Shown here in pieces: positions 46,029-57,643 of a stretch of 64,000 bases of DNA. The DNA is from Lepidodermella squamata (taxonomy: Eukaryota > Animalia > Gastrotricha), in NCBI GenBank assembly GCA_047495785.1, contig JBLDXI010000054.1, positions 1,798,001 to 1,862,000 of the forward strand, in the 5' to 3' direction. The notes beneath the pieces are model-generated. The model was not told the DNA's origin and made no database searches. It saw only the letters and a list, made by a program, of their open reading frames with translations. Each line of letters begins with the position of its first letter. Positions within the stretch are counted from its first letter, which is position 1. Position numbers and translations under genes: made by a program.

Positions 46029-48035
46029 ATGCAACAAACCGTAAAGCATTTCTTAATTATCATAGCTGTTATATCACCCTTTGTCATTCTTTGGACTTAT
46101 TTTGGCATTAATCGCGAAAAGCTCATAGCAACTGTTCAAGTGACAAACGTCGCTCTTCAAGGGCCGGCAAAAACAGATACCACAATCTGCCCGAAATGTG
46201 AAATCTGCCCAAATTGTACATCACTACCGTGTCCTAGCTATTCATTGCCGCCTTTAATCAAAATTACAGCTGCTGAAAATTCATCATGCCCTGAATGTCC
46301 CACCTGTAGTGCGAGCACTTCAGCAATCGAAAATAATCTGAATCAATTGTTGAGATTGGCGGGCCACATTGCGAAGGCCCATCGTCACTCGAGGAGTGGG
46401 ATAGCCGTGACCGAGCTGAACAATGCCTATTCAATCATTACGGAGCTACTTGGGGGAACCTACGAATCATTGCTGAATGAGTCTCTACCCCAGGTCCCTG
46501 TTAACCATGAAGAGATCGAGGTCAAGCAGGATGAGCTTCCGGATGTCTGCGATGAGTACATGCCGAGTATGACGTATGGCTATCCCTGGTATTTTCATGG
46601 CTTCATCCTCAATCCAAACTGTACTGCTAAGCCTATTGGATCTATGGTCAACATTCTGATTAATGCGAAAGACATGGAACCTAAGAAATTGAGATTTATC
46701 CTGAAAGGAGTTAGGAACACCTACCCTAATGTGACAGCTATTGCGGCCGTTTCGACGAATGAGACATTGGAAATGGTGCTTGAAGCAGGATATGGGGCAC
46801 TGAATATTAGTTCCGACGAGAGAGATGGAATGGTGTGGAAATGGTTGGCAGATTCCGCCAGCGCAAAATATGTCCTTATCGGCCGCGATTTATCACGTTT
46901 TGACAACCAAAGCAGCCTGGAACGGCTTATTCGTATGGCGAGCTACGCTGGTATGGAAATTGTGGGAGGGTCTCAACGTTTCGGAGATGGACGGTGGTTC
47001 AGAGGATGTCACCAAATTGGCTTGAGGAACTACACCCTGAAATTTGTGGATGGTTACGATTTCGCGTACAAATCCTGCATTTATTGCGACTACATCCCCG
47101 GGCCGTTTTTAACCAAACCTTCGTTGATATCCGAGAATGTTGACTTAGATCTCGATGGCGACATGGTTTTCATCGATATTTTCCTGAAAAGATTTAAGGA
47201 AGAGAGAAAGAGGCAAATGGTTTGCCCAGACGTAATGTTCAGTCTCGACTACAACGAATTACACAATGTTGCTAGACATGAATGGTTGCCCCTTGCTATT
47301 AAATGGAACCTCAATCGAATAATTTTCACAAACAGCCAAACTTTAGCGTTTTCATGCTCGGAATCTGGTAGCACTTGTTCGTGGACTGGCGGTTTGTCCC
47401 TCCCTATATGCTGCATGGAAGAGCTGGCTGAATCAACAAAACTCCTCGCGAAAATTAGCGGGGAAATCAATGGAACTATCGAATTAGAGGCTGGAAGTGC
47501 CGTCGGAGCTGTCAAGTTTTCCGGCGTCATTCCGTGGGAACGTGACGAGGATTTCAATTGGCTTGCTGATGACGAACAAGAGGCAAAGTTGATGAACCGA
47601 TCTTCTGACTTCGAAAAGAACGGATGCGCGCTTCAAGTCTGGAAAACCAACTACACGAAATGTTACATCGAAAAAGCTAGTGTGAATTGCGGTTATATCG
47701 CTTTGCGTACAGCCAACTGGCGGTTGGAGCTTTGGGGCGTTATTGAAACTGGTGCGACTAGAATGGCGGCTGATCTCGGAGTCGAAAATGTTACTCGAAT
47801 TCTCTTTGATGGAATGTGGGTTAAGACTAATCACAACCCGGCACTCACGTTGCGGAATGAGTATGGTGATGACTTGTTTGAGCACGTTGAGCATTGGACG
47901 ACGCTTGGCTATTCAACTGGATGGGTTCATCCGCCAACTGGCAGGTTCCTAAAATGTCGGGATCCTGGGTTCCATGGTTGCTTGGAACAATACTTGCCGG
48001 TTGGGAATATTCAGTTCCAGGACGTCTACGTTTAG
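46029..48035 (+). CDS. Fukutin-related (FKRP/LicD-family) phosphotransferase, type II membrane protein, intronless
   Basis: N-terminal TM, CPxC-rich stem, GT-like stem domain, CxxxxCxW..CC zinc-finger region, LicD motif GSAVGAVKFSGVIPWERDEDF. Confidence 0.85.
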   Translation: MQQTVKHFLIIIAVISPFVILWTYFGINREKLIATVQVTNVALQGPAKTDTTICPKCEICPNCTSLPCPSYSLPPLIKITAAENSSCPECPTCSASTSAIENNLNQLLRLAGHIAKAHRHSRSGIAVTELNNAYSIITELLGGTYESLLNESLPQVPVNHEEIEVKQDELPDVCDEYMPSMTYGYPWYFHGFILNPNCTAKPIGSMVNILINAKDMEPKKLRFILKGVRNTYPNVTAIAAVSTNETLEMVLEAGYGALNISSDERDGMVWKWLADSASAKYVLIGRDLSRFDNQSSLERLIRMASYAGMEIVGGSQRFGDGRWFRGCHQIGLRNYTLKFVDGYDFAYKSCIYCDYIPGPFLTKPSLISENVDLDLDGDMVFIDIFLKRFKEERKRQMVCPDVMFSLDYNELHNVARHEWLPLAIKWNLNRIIFTNSQTLAFSCSESGSTCSWTGGLSLPICCMEELAESTKLLAKISGEINGTIELEAGSAVGAVKFSGVIPWERDEDFNWLADDEQEAKLMNRSSDFEKNGCALQVWKTNYTKCYIEKASVNCGYIALRTANWRLELWGVIETGATRMAADLGVENVTRILFDGMWVKTNHNPALTLRNEYGDDLFEHVEHWTTLGYSTGWVHPPTGRFLKCRDPGFHGCLEQYLPVGNIQFQDVYV

Positions 48036-49290
48036 TCGTATATCATAGATTTCAGAATAAAACGATATAAGTACGTTGATTTTTTTTCCGAAGTTATTGT
48101 TAGAGTCCAATGAAGCGGAAATGTGCCGGAGGTGGCTTCTAGCTTGACAAGTTCAGATCTAATAATTTCACGTTCATAATTTGATGCTGAACCTTAAGCT
48201 GAAATCTGAAATTGATTTCGCATACAAATTGGCATGGAGACACTAAAATCTAAAATATGTTAATCAACCGTAGGAAATTCGCGTTCAACCTGTAGAATTA
48301 CATAATTCTGGAGCACAGCGATATGTTTTGCCGAATCCTTCAGAAACGGCTTCATCGCGCAGAAATGCATGAAGTTTGCGCTGATTGTGCGGTTTTTTGC
48401 AGTTCTGGAGGAAACATGCGCGCGTATTTAAAATCGATAGCGCACAGCAGCGGTAAATTTTTATTGGAGTCCGGTTTTTTGAGAAACATCCTGTACGTTG
48501 ATGAAATCACGATAGTTGCATTATTAGTCCATTGATATAGAGAAACATCATAGATAAAATGCAGGACATTGGAAATATCGAAATATCCAATATCGAGTAG
48601 GCTGCGTGTCAGCGTTTCAGCGTTTCAGCTTGCAGCGTCCGGAGCCTACAAGAATAATGTTTCTGAGCAGAAGGTGCGTGACTTGAACACCAGCAGTTTT
48701 GAAGTGGATTTGAACTGCAGCGAACGATGTTGATAGTCATGATGCCTGCTTAACACTTGACTTTCAACTTAAATAAAGCTAACTAAATTCAGCTCAATCT
48801 GTAAACTCACCTGAAAACATGAGCTTGAATTCAATCAATTAAGAATCACTGCTGGCTTGTTTAAAAAATATATGCTCGGGCGATCATTCATCGAAAAGGC
48901 ACGTCGACTTCAAATCGAAGGAAAGGTGAGGTAAGGTGAAGGCTGCGTATATCTCCGACCATTGGAAACATTAACATCGAGCGGCTTCGTTTGAGATTTT
49001 AAAGTTTAAGCATTTTCTGGACAAATTATTTTGACATGTACAAAACTTTAAGACTATGAAAACTGAAAACAAATCTCTCGGATGCGAACATGGATCGAAA
49101 TCAAAGATGAACTCCAGTATTCTTACCATATTCTAAAGAAGTCGGAATTTCACAAAACCCGTTGTTAGAGAGCAGAGACAACTCAGTCGTGTGGTCAAAA
49201 AATCATATTCAACGGATTATTCTATTCTTTTTTTCTCAGCTATCATTAAAATGTGTTACTATGTTTGTAATTCATCATATTTCGTATCTT

Positions 49291-49700
49291 CAGGGGTGCA
49301 AAATCTGCAAAAATGGCGCAGTGGCTACGCGGGAAATTTTTGGGAAATAGAGATGTAAAAATGCTCAGAAATCGCCAAAAATTAGCGGGAAAGAAGGGAA
49401 TTCAGCGGGAAATCTAACAAGTGCAAAATCTTCCACCGATAATTTATTTCAATAATTAAGTGATTGAGCTTATTAGCAATTCACGAATGACTTTCCTTTC
49501 TAATTCAAATAATAACTTCTGTTTAACTAGCGCGAAATCGGTGATAATAACGGTTAGGAATTTCAAAAACAAATTAGATATTCCGATTCAGCGTAAACGG
49601 TTGGGTATTCCTGCCAGTTGGGTATTCCTGCCAATAACCGGTTGGTTTATTGGGAAATTAAAATCACTGCGCGGGAAGTTCTGCAGATTTTGCAGCCCTG
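49291..49700. mobile_element. hAT-like MITE, 410 bp
   Basis: TIR CAGGGGTGCAAAATCTGC / GCAGATTTTGCAGCCCTG. Imperfect 8-bp TSD CGTATCTT / TGTACCTT. Confidence 0.8.
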
Positions 49701-50856
49701 TGTACCTTAGTATTTAATTGAGCTAACCTAGTGGTCAACCTGCTTGTAAAGCCAGGTCGCAACGATTGCATGATAGGAATGAGAATCATTTGCAGCATTA
49801 GCGCGAGAATTACTAGTTTGTGATTATCCGACGTCAGTAAATATGGTCCAGCGCTGTCGAATAAAATGAGCGCTACCATAGCAAATATTCCTGGAAAAAC
49901 TGATGCCATCAAAATAAGAAATGAAGCGAATGATTGCTTTGCTAGAAATAACTCTCGGGCAAGCCACTGAGCCTGCTGATTTTTTGACGACAAAGAAACG
50001 GGTGTGACTGTGTTACCCTTGTACGAAGCAGATGTACAGGGCCTGGAGCTTGTAGCACGAAGAGGGTTGCGATAGCGGGAAACGGTTTTATATATTTGCC
50101 TGGAATAAGTAAATGAATTGAGAACATGTTGCTACTAATGAAGAATCCTTACCAATAATTGTACCCCAGAAGGCCCTGAGAGAGAGAAACATTAGCCAAC
50201 GTGAATAATGGCCGGAATATTGAAGAATCAAGCCCGTCGGCAATTTTATGCTCGAATGGCGCGCAAAAAGCAGCGAACTCAGTTCCATTATCATTAATCG
50301 GCATCATTTGGAGACTAAAGCCGTAGGGATACAGCGTAACAGGAAAAGTAGTAAGCATGACGTAGATTAGCATAACTCCGGCTGAAGTAACAGTCCGTTT
50401 CAAGTTTATTCCCGATGTTGGAAGAGCCCGGGAGATGCAAATACGCCTTTCATAGCTTATTAACATGCAGACGCTCTGACTGTAGCAGCATGCGACGTAG
50501 TAGCCCCAGCCAAGCATCAGGCACGTCAAATCGCTGCCCTCAAAGTGGCCTCGTGGCGTGGTCAGCGCCATTAGGATTGTTTGGTTAATGCAGAAAATTG
50601 AGTTGGAGATACCGAGAAGCATGACGAGAAGTAGAAAATCTCGCCTAACACCTCGCCGCCAATAAATGTAGCCATTTACGGCGTTGCAAATGCAAACTGC
50701 CAATGCCACGAGGGCATAAAGGAAAGTATAGATTAGGCGATGAGAGAACGACTGAAATGGCGAATTGTAAAAACCGACGAACCAATATCTACCATTGTCA
50801 AAACCGCGGCCTGGCACGACTGCGTAAATCCATGATGAATCCGCAGACTTGTTCAT
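49664..50856 (-). CDS. Divergent class A (rhodopsin-like) orphan GPCR, 2 exons
   Basis: TM1 Asn (ICNAV), TM3 Cys and ISYERR (DRY equivalent), seven TM. Intron at about 50100-50152 gives GYNYW-QIYKTV in frame. Confidence 0.8.
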
Positions 50857-52400
50857 TCCTTACTGCTGATGTTTGAAATTCAAAGTTCAAAATGATCTTA
50901 TCGCAGGTCTGCAAATGAATTTAAAAGTGAAATTGGAGCATATGAAATTCCACTCAAGCGGATGCGGCTGTCACGCTTTCCTGGTTTTGCTGATTCTTGA
51001 CACCTAAAATCACAGATTATAGGGATGAGCCGATTCAGCTAGACAGGAAGATGACACGTCGCATCGCCGAATGATGCGAGCTTCTGATGCAATGAATTAT
51101 TAGGTATGTAGTGAAATAATAATATCTACACGGAGTCGATACTCAATTTCTAGGCCTATCCTGGGCATAGACAATTCATGAATGAATTGGGTTGCGGTCT
51201 AGACGAGGCCCAACATTCTCGAGCCATGTTCAAAACTTTATTGTTATAGGCCCAGCCTAAGCCAAGACCTGAACTGGGCTTGTTGCAATTAGGCCTATAA
51301 TGTGCCTAGGAACCTGGGTCCATACAGACTTTTGACTGGCTGAATAGTGATCAAAATATTTCATTTTATCGCTGTTGTCCACTCCGCTAGTTGCCCTGAT
51401 AAAGTAAAATGGCTGTTGTAGACATTATGATTTTAAATGGTACATGTCATAACTGCATCTCATGCGAGTCAGCTATTTCTTTTATGAGACGTTGAGCATG
51501 TCATACGTCATACCAGGTGTGAAATAATCACATTCAAAGGCGAGGTTTGAAGCATACTGCGTGTCACTGCCGCGATCGAATTAGCGAGGGCGGTTCATTT
51601 ATTCGTAGAAAAGCAGTGCTTAAAGTGTAGCCTTCCGGTCACGCAGTGCCACAAAGAATTTTGTGAACAATTTGTGAAATTTTGTGAAACAATTTGAACA
51701 GTGGACATTGCCGTCGATATTTTCCACAATCAGAGTAGAGTTACCGATGAAAAGTGCTTGGATGACAGAGATTTTATTTGAGACTTGGCTCAACGAACTC
51801 GATGAAGCGATGGCTCGAAAAAAGCGAGAAAACATTAACAAGAAAACAAATCACAATTGACTCAATTTTTGCTGAAACTGAGTAATAAAGGCAACTTTTT
51901 TCGGACTTTCTGTATCTTCAACAGCTCCAGTATAAGACGGTTTTAGGCCTCTACGGAAGCTGTCTAAATTATGGAGATTTTACTGCACTTCTTTCACCCA
52001 GCACCGTCCAAGGTTGTCCCTGGATGATCTCACCGCGTCACTGTCTTGCTCACATCATCTTCGAGTTTTCACACATTTTGACGCCGCGTGCCTCTTTTCA
52101 ATATTTAATACAGTGCTCCCTCGCTAAGTGCACCCTGGCTATTGACGAAAGTCGATACTAATACGATGTTAACGAACAGCAATTTCTGCTCAAAAAATAC
52201 TGCACTCGCACAAGTTCGGAAGGTAGACCGGTTTTGGTCCGAAAAATCCCCGGCTCCTACTTTGCGCTCTGGCCTAACTCTATCTTCAGTCATTCGAAAA
52301 TAGGGTGATAGGCTATAATGATTATGCGTCAGCTGATGTCATCTTTTCAAATGAATAGATAGGACCAAAATCAGGTCTCATTTGCTCGAGCCCATCTAAC

Positions 52401-52490
52401 GTTGGTCGACGCTGGCTGTTCAACTCAACGGGTTCATCCGCCAATCGGCATTCCTGAAATGCCGGGATCCTGGGTTCTACGGCTGCTTAG
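52401..52490 (+). pseudogene. Fragment of the FKRP-like gene 3' end
   Basis: GGGTTCATCCGCCAAT..TTCCTGAAATGCCGGGATCCTGGGTTC matches 47922-47972. Confidence 0.8.
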
Positions 52491-52811
52491 ACCGAAACGT
52501 CGTCTGTTTTCTAGAATCTGACTGCGAAATCAATGATGACGGGATATTTTCCTCACCGTTTGCCAGTTTCAAATTCAAGCGTGGCGAGCTCGAACATGTG
52601 CGAAGAGAATGATCGAATGAAATTTTAGGAACTCATGTGGAACATAAGATAAAGGATCAATAGCTTTTCGAAAAAACGTCCTGAGGCGGAAAGTGTAGGA
52701 TAGATGATTTTTAAAAGCAGTTCCTTTTCACTGACAGTAAAACATAAAACTAAATGTGTTCCAATTCATTCCATTCATTCAATCGATTCATTCCAATTCA
52801 ATCATATAATT

Positions 52812-53930
52812 ATGGCTGTTTCGAAAAATTCTGCATGGGTGTATGCGACTTTGCCCGATCTTGGTTATAACTATAGTCGCTTATGGTTTCCTAGCATGTT
52901 CAACGCCCCTGCAGATTCATACGAAAATCGCCTAGGGTTCACTATTGTTTGTATTCTCTTATCAATCAGCGTTTGCATATCAAATTCTGCGAATTTTTTC
53001 ACTTACTATAAAAGAGGGGCGAGAAAAGACTTCCTAGTCCTCAATTCTATACTGGCTATAAACAACGGAATCTACTGCATATCATACACTGCTGCTATGG
53101 CAATCACCACAGAAACAGGGCTATGGGAAAGCACCAGTCTATCATGCACAGCACTCTCGTCATTGACTCACATTACAGGTGCTTACAGTTTAAGCGTTAT
53201 GATGCTGATCAGCTACGAACGGCGGCGTTGCATCTCGAACATACTATCAATAACCCGTAACCACGTTTCGAGAGGTTGCATGTCAGCATTCGGTATTTTC
53301 CTCGCCACCAGCGCTGTTCTATTTCCCGTGACAATTTACCCATATGGGTATAACAGACAAATAATACCGTTATTGAAAATAGGCGAAAACCAGACCTATT
53401 TCATACCATTATGTGGACCATTCGACTACAAGCTCGGGTTGATGGACAGTGCATCCATGCGCTTCATGGCAACAATGTTTCTGGCAATTGTACTTGGTAC
53501 TATTCTTGGATATAATTACTGGCATTTTTTCAAAGCATTACGAAAAGTTCGAAAGGGTAATCTACCTAATATCATGCCAGCTCAATCCACTCACATTTCT
53601 GTAAAACCCGCTTCCCCCGCCACAAGGTCTATTTGACTTCGAGAAGCTCATTGGCTTGCTCGCGAAACGTTTTTCGCAAAGCAGTCGCTGATTTCATTCT
53701 TTACTTCCACTTTATTCTATGTTCCGATCATGTGGACCTTTTTAATGCTTGCTCTGCATGAAAGCATTGGACCCGAAGTTCTGACGTCAAACCTTTGCAA
53801 AAGCACTGTCATGGCCTTGATGCTGGAGATGGTTATAGCCCCAACAGTTCTAAGTTTGCGCCCAGGTTTCTTCTCGGATAGGAGCGGAAAACTGCAATCG
53901 TTCATACGGAAGCTTATAAACCGAATTTAA
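52812..53930 (+). CDS. Divergent class A GPCR paralog, intronless, with one in-frame TGA at 53634-53636
   Basis: ISYERRRCIS, FPVTIYPYG, LGYNYW. The frame continues past the TGA as LREAHWLARETFFAKQS...LRPGF, matching the paralog. Confidence 0.75.
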
Positions 53931-55771
53931 AATTCAATCATTATCAAACGTATGTGTGTAAAATCTGCCTGAACGAAAGTAAAAGTTATCAGTGTAATAC
54001 AACATATATTATGTTGATGTTGAAAGCCACCGTGAAAGTCGCGTTTTTAACTCATTGACTGCCAAGGCCCCGATGTATCGGTTTTTCCTAGGAGAAACAC
54101 TAATATCTCCACTAATATTTGAAATGTTCTGCGGTTCACTGTGTAAACAATGGGCGCGGTGTGTGCGGGTAACAATGTAAACAATAATTACCATGCATCG
54201 CGCGCTACCGCGCTGCCGTCCTGTGTCACGTGCCGGCTGTTTGCTTTGTTCGATTATTAGTTAGAGCGATCGATCAGAGGGGAACGAATCATGAATTCGA
54301 ATTATTACGCCTTTTATGACGAGAATGGTGTCATAAACTTCAACAAATCCCGCGAGTATCATGAAATTCGAGCCAGTGACATATTTGGCTGGTTTTATAT
54401 GAAATTTAGCTATCACTGTGATATCTCACCCTACGCGCGTGAAATCGTACCAAGGGCCACCCATGCATGACAGACACGTGAAGAAATTCGGCTCCAAGGC
54501 GCAATTTAGAGCGGCCCATGACGATTTTGATGTCAAGGTGAGCATCTGCTACTTGGAGGCATTCCTTCAAGGCCACGAGCCCCAGCCAATAGGAGCGCGC
54601 GCGGAGAAAATACTGGCGGGCCGGAAATGTGCGATTTTCTTTCAATTTGAGTACATTGTACATTGAGTATGTCTAGCCTTCAGCAAATTTCACCGGTCTT
54701 CGAAGGTATTCCCGGTTGATGTTACCCAGTCCGGCACGAGCACGTTTGGCTCATTCGAACAACTCCGAACAATACGAGTCGACCCCTTTGTTCGCCCGCT
54801 CAAAAGAGGCGAACATCCTGGAAATTATCCGCACCCTAGTAGAAATACCTGAAAGCAATTTATTCTTACTTATCTGAACTTGGCAATCATCGAGGATTGA
54901 TATTCGCGCTTCGAAAATTAGAATTTTTCTAAAGCTTTCTGATCTACTAGATCCTATAATTTGGATTGCACCTAATTGATAGCATTTGTTTCTATAAAAG
55001 CTGGCAACTCGAGCTACTATAATTTCAACCTTGAAATATGAGCTATTCTTGAACCTTGACCTTGACCTCGATCTTGGATAAATCGTTCCCAAAGTCGGGC
55101 TTTGGAACAGTAGGTATGTGTTTTTTGCGTCAAGGGGGCCGCCATTTCGATTTACTGAAGTCATGCTGAAGTCATACTGAAGTCGATTAGAGCTTCGAAT
55201 CAAATTAGCGGAATTTCCTCAGCTTAGCTATGCGGTAAAAACGCTCGAAAACAGTTTGAATTCAGGCTCCTGGTTCCTTGTCGGAATTAACATTTTCGAG
55301 AATGGGATGAAATGAATTTATGAAGGCCTTCTTTTGTCAGAAGTCTTCAGAAATCAGAAAAACCTAAGCTTAAGAGTGGTTGATTAGAATGGGCTTCTAT
55401 TGGAACAGCTACGGTATTTGGCATTCGCGCATATTTTTTCCAATATTTTTATAATTCGGGCCACTATTTGAACTAAACCAGCGTAAAGATTCTCTACTTA
55501 TCTTATTTGAAACAAAGAAAAAACACAGTCACGGTTGAGATAAAATTGTATACTAGGAATTTTTCATTTGCACACCCTAAATTCCAGTGTTCCGCGCAAA
55601 TTCTAAATTCCCAAGGCAAGGGCTATATTCCTGCACTGTATTCCTCAACAAATAGAATTTCAGGTCTTCAATCTTCAATCGAATTACTGGATTTTTCATT
55701 TTCACGCCTATCTGAGAGATCTCCATATTACAAGGTATTTAGCGCTATAAGCTCAGTAAATCGATTCTACA

Positions 55772-56378
55772 AAGGGTGTAAATTTTCCTACCATCAATTT
55801 TGGGACTTTCACCATCAATTTTGGGGTTTTTATCATCAAATTAGGGCTTTCGCCAACGAAACCGAAACCGCCATCAATTTAGGTACTTCCGCCAACAAAA
55901 TTGATTTTCTCGCCAGCAAATCCGAAAATATCCGTTTATTTAGTTGAAAAAAGTTCGAGACATAGTGAACCACGTAACATCCTCATTGCAGACGAATTCG
56001 AGCCTGTCCATGTCAGTTTTAAGGTAATGCTATAGGGTAATAAATAAATATAAAATGAAATGTTTTCATTTTTTATAATTTGCATGACTTTGACTTTGAC
56101 TTCAAAACTGACATGAAAAATTCCAAATCCGACTTTTCCGTCCGCGCCAACGCCGTTTGGCTATGTTTTGAACAGCTTGGCACTAAATCAGCGGGTGCTT
56201 TCGGATTTGTTGGCGAGAAAATCAATTTTGTTGGCGAAAGTACCTAAATGGATGGCGGTTTCGGTTTCGTTGGCGGTTTCGTTGATGGTAAAAACCCCAA
56301 AATTGATGGTGAAATTTGAATTTTCCGGTTTGATGGTGAACGTCCCAAAATTGATGGCAGAAAGCATTTTCCCCTTCT
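55772..56378. mobile_element. Foldback/MITE with about 170-bp imperfect inverted arms
   Basis: TTTAGGTACTTCCGCCAACAAAATTGATTTTCTCGCCAGCAAATCCGAAA versus its reverse complement at about 56199-56248. ACCATCAATTTTGGG subrepeats. Confidence 0.8.
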
Positions 56379-57121
56379 ACAAATCGGTGATTTTCCCTTG
56401 GGAAATATTCCAGATATCATCTGCCTTGAAACCCAACAAATAATCTTCCACATAAAACCCAAGGTCCAAGGCATCTTGTGGCTAAAACATAATACTCCCA
56501 GGTTTAGGGAGGCAGCAATATCAAAAACAAAGACCGCTAAATCGCGAGAAATCTGAACAATTCGGACGGAACAATTTTTCAGTGCTGGAACTTCATTTTT
56601 TGTGGAGATTTCAATTTCCGAAGTCATTCAAAATTTATTGTTGTTTTCATTCAAAATTGCGAATTAATTTTGTTATTCGAATAAATAATTCGTCGTTGGC
56701 GGGGAAAAAGTGCCATGTCCACGAGACGAATGTTCAAGCTTTGAAGCGAACTTTTTATCTAAATGGGCTTTGCGATGGTCAAGCAAAACTCCGCGGGCTT
56801 TTGAATTTTACATATTATAAGCGTTTATTCATTTTGGAGCCTAATGAGCCGATTTGCAAAGTTTGAGCTCATTTTAACATTCCTATGGCAATTTACTAAA
56901 AAAAGTCGCGGAAAGCAGCGGGTATTAGCCATATATTCACTTTTAAATATTTATGTGAGTTATTGCAAAAAAATCGCCAGTAATTTACGTTCATTATTTG
57001 CGAGGACTTCGCGGGCTTCGTCCACCGATATAAATGGCCTCGTAAAACGACTACCCCTATGGACTAATCCCTGAGAAATTTCGAAACTTGGTTTTCAAAA
57101 TATTGTAGAGCGCCACGAGCA

Positions 57122-57170
57122 GTTACGTACTTGGGACTAATAGCAGCTATTAGTCCCAAGGTTGCGTAAC
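57122..57170. repeat. Near-perfect palindrome (15-bp perfect stem, 1-nt loop)
   Basis: CTTGGGACTAATAGC-A-GCTATTAGTCCCAAG flanked by GTTACG/CGTAAC. Confidence 0.85.
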
Positions 57171-57643
57171 CATCAAAAAGTCATCTTCGGCCGGGTATGG
57201 GCGTAGCACCTTTTCGCGTCGACGACAAATTCGTGATATTAATTTCGACTTTTTAAATTTGCCTGAAGCGGTTCTGCATTTCAAACAATTTCAAATAAAT
57301 ATTTCGGGCGATTCCATACGGCTATTTCCGATTAATTTTTCATAAAATATAGCATACCGTATTTGTTCCAATAGCAGCCCGAGCCAGTAAATTTTTAACC
57401 TGGAAATTTTGAAAATTTCAAAAAATAATTGTAGGTGAATCTTGTCGCCGGATGCTGCGTAAGCTGTCATCTGAATCACTGAAACGCAGCCCACTCGATT
57501 TTAGAATTTCCAGTCTTTATTGATGTCCAATGTCCCCACCCTGCATTTTCTCATTGTTTTTTTCATTAACTCTTTCACTGCCAGAGTTTTCTCCTGGAGA
57601 ATTTTTTCTCACGGGAGTTTTTCTCCCCGGAGAAACCAAACTT

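Noticed and set aside
54290-55210. Possible degraded gene or transposase fragments
   Set aside because: Short broken ORFs with no recognisable motif; cannot be supported without a search.
55507-56627. ORFs of 91-146 aa
   Set aside because: They arise from stop-poor foldback repeat arms.
57530-57643. N-terminus of the 676-aa ORF as genuine pol
   Set aside because: Derived from a GGAGwTTTTTCTC repeat. Gag, protease and RT are absent, so the fusion is fortuitous.
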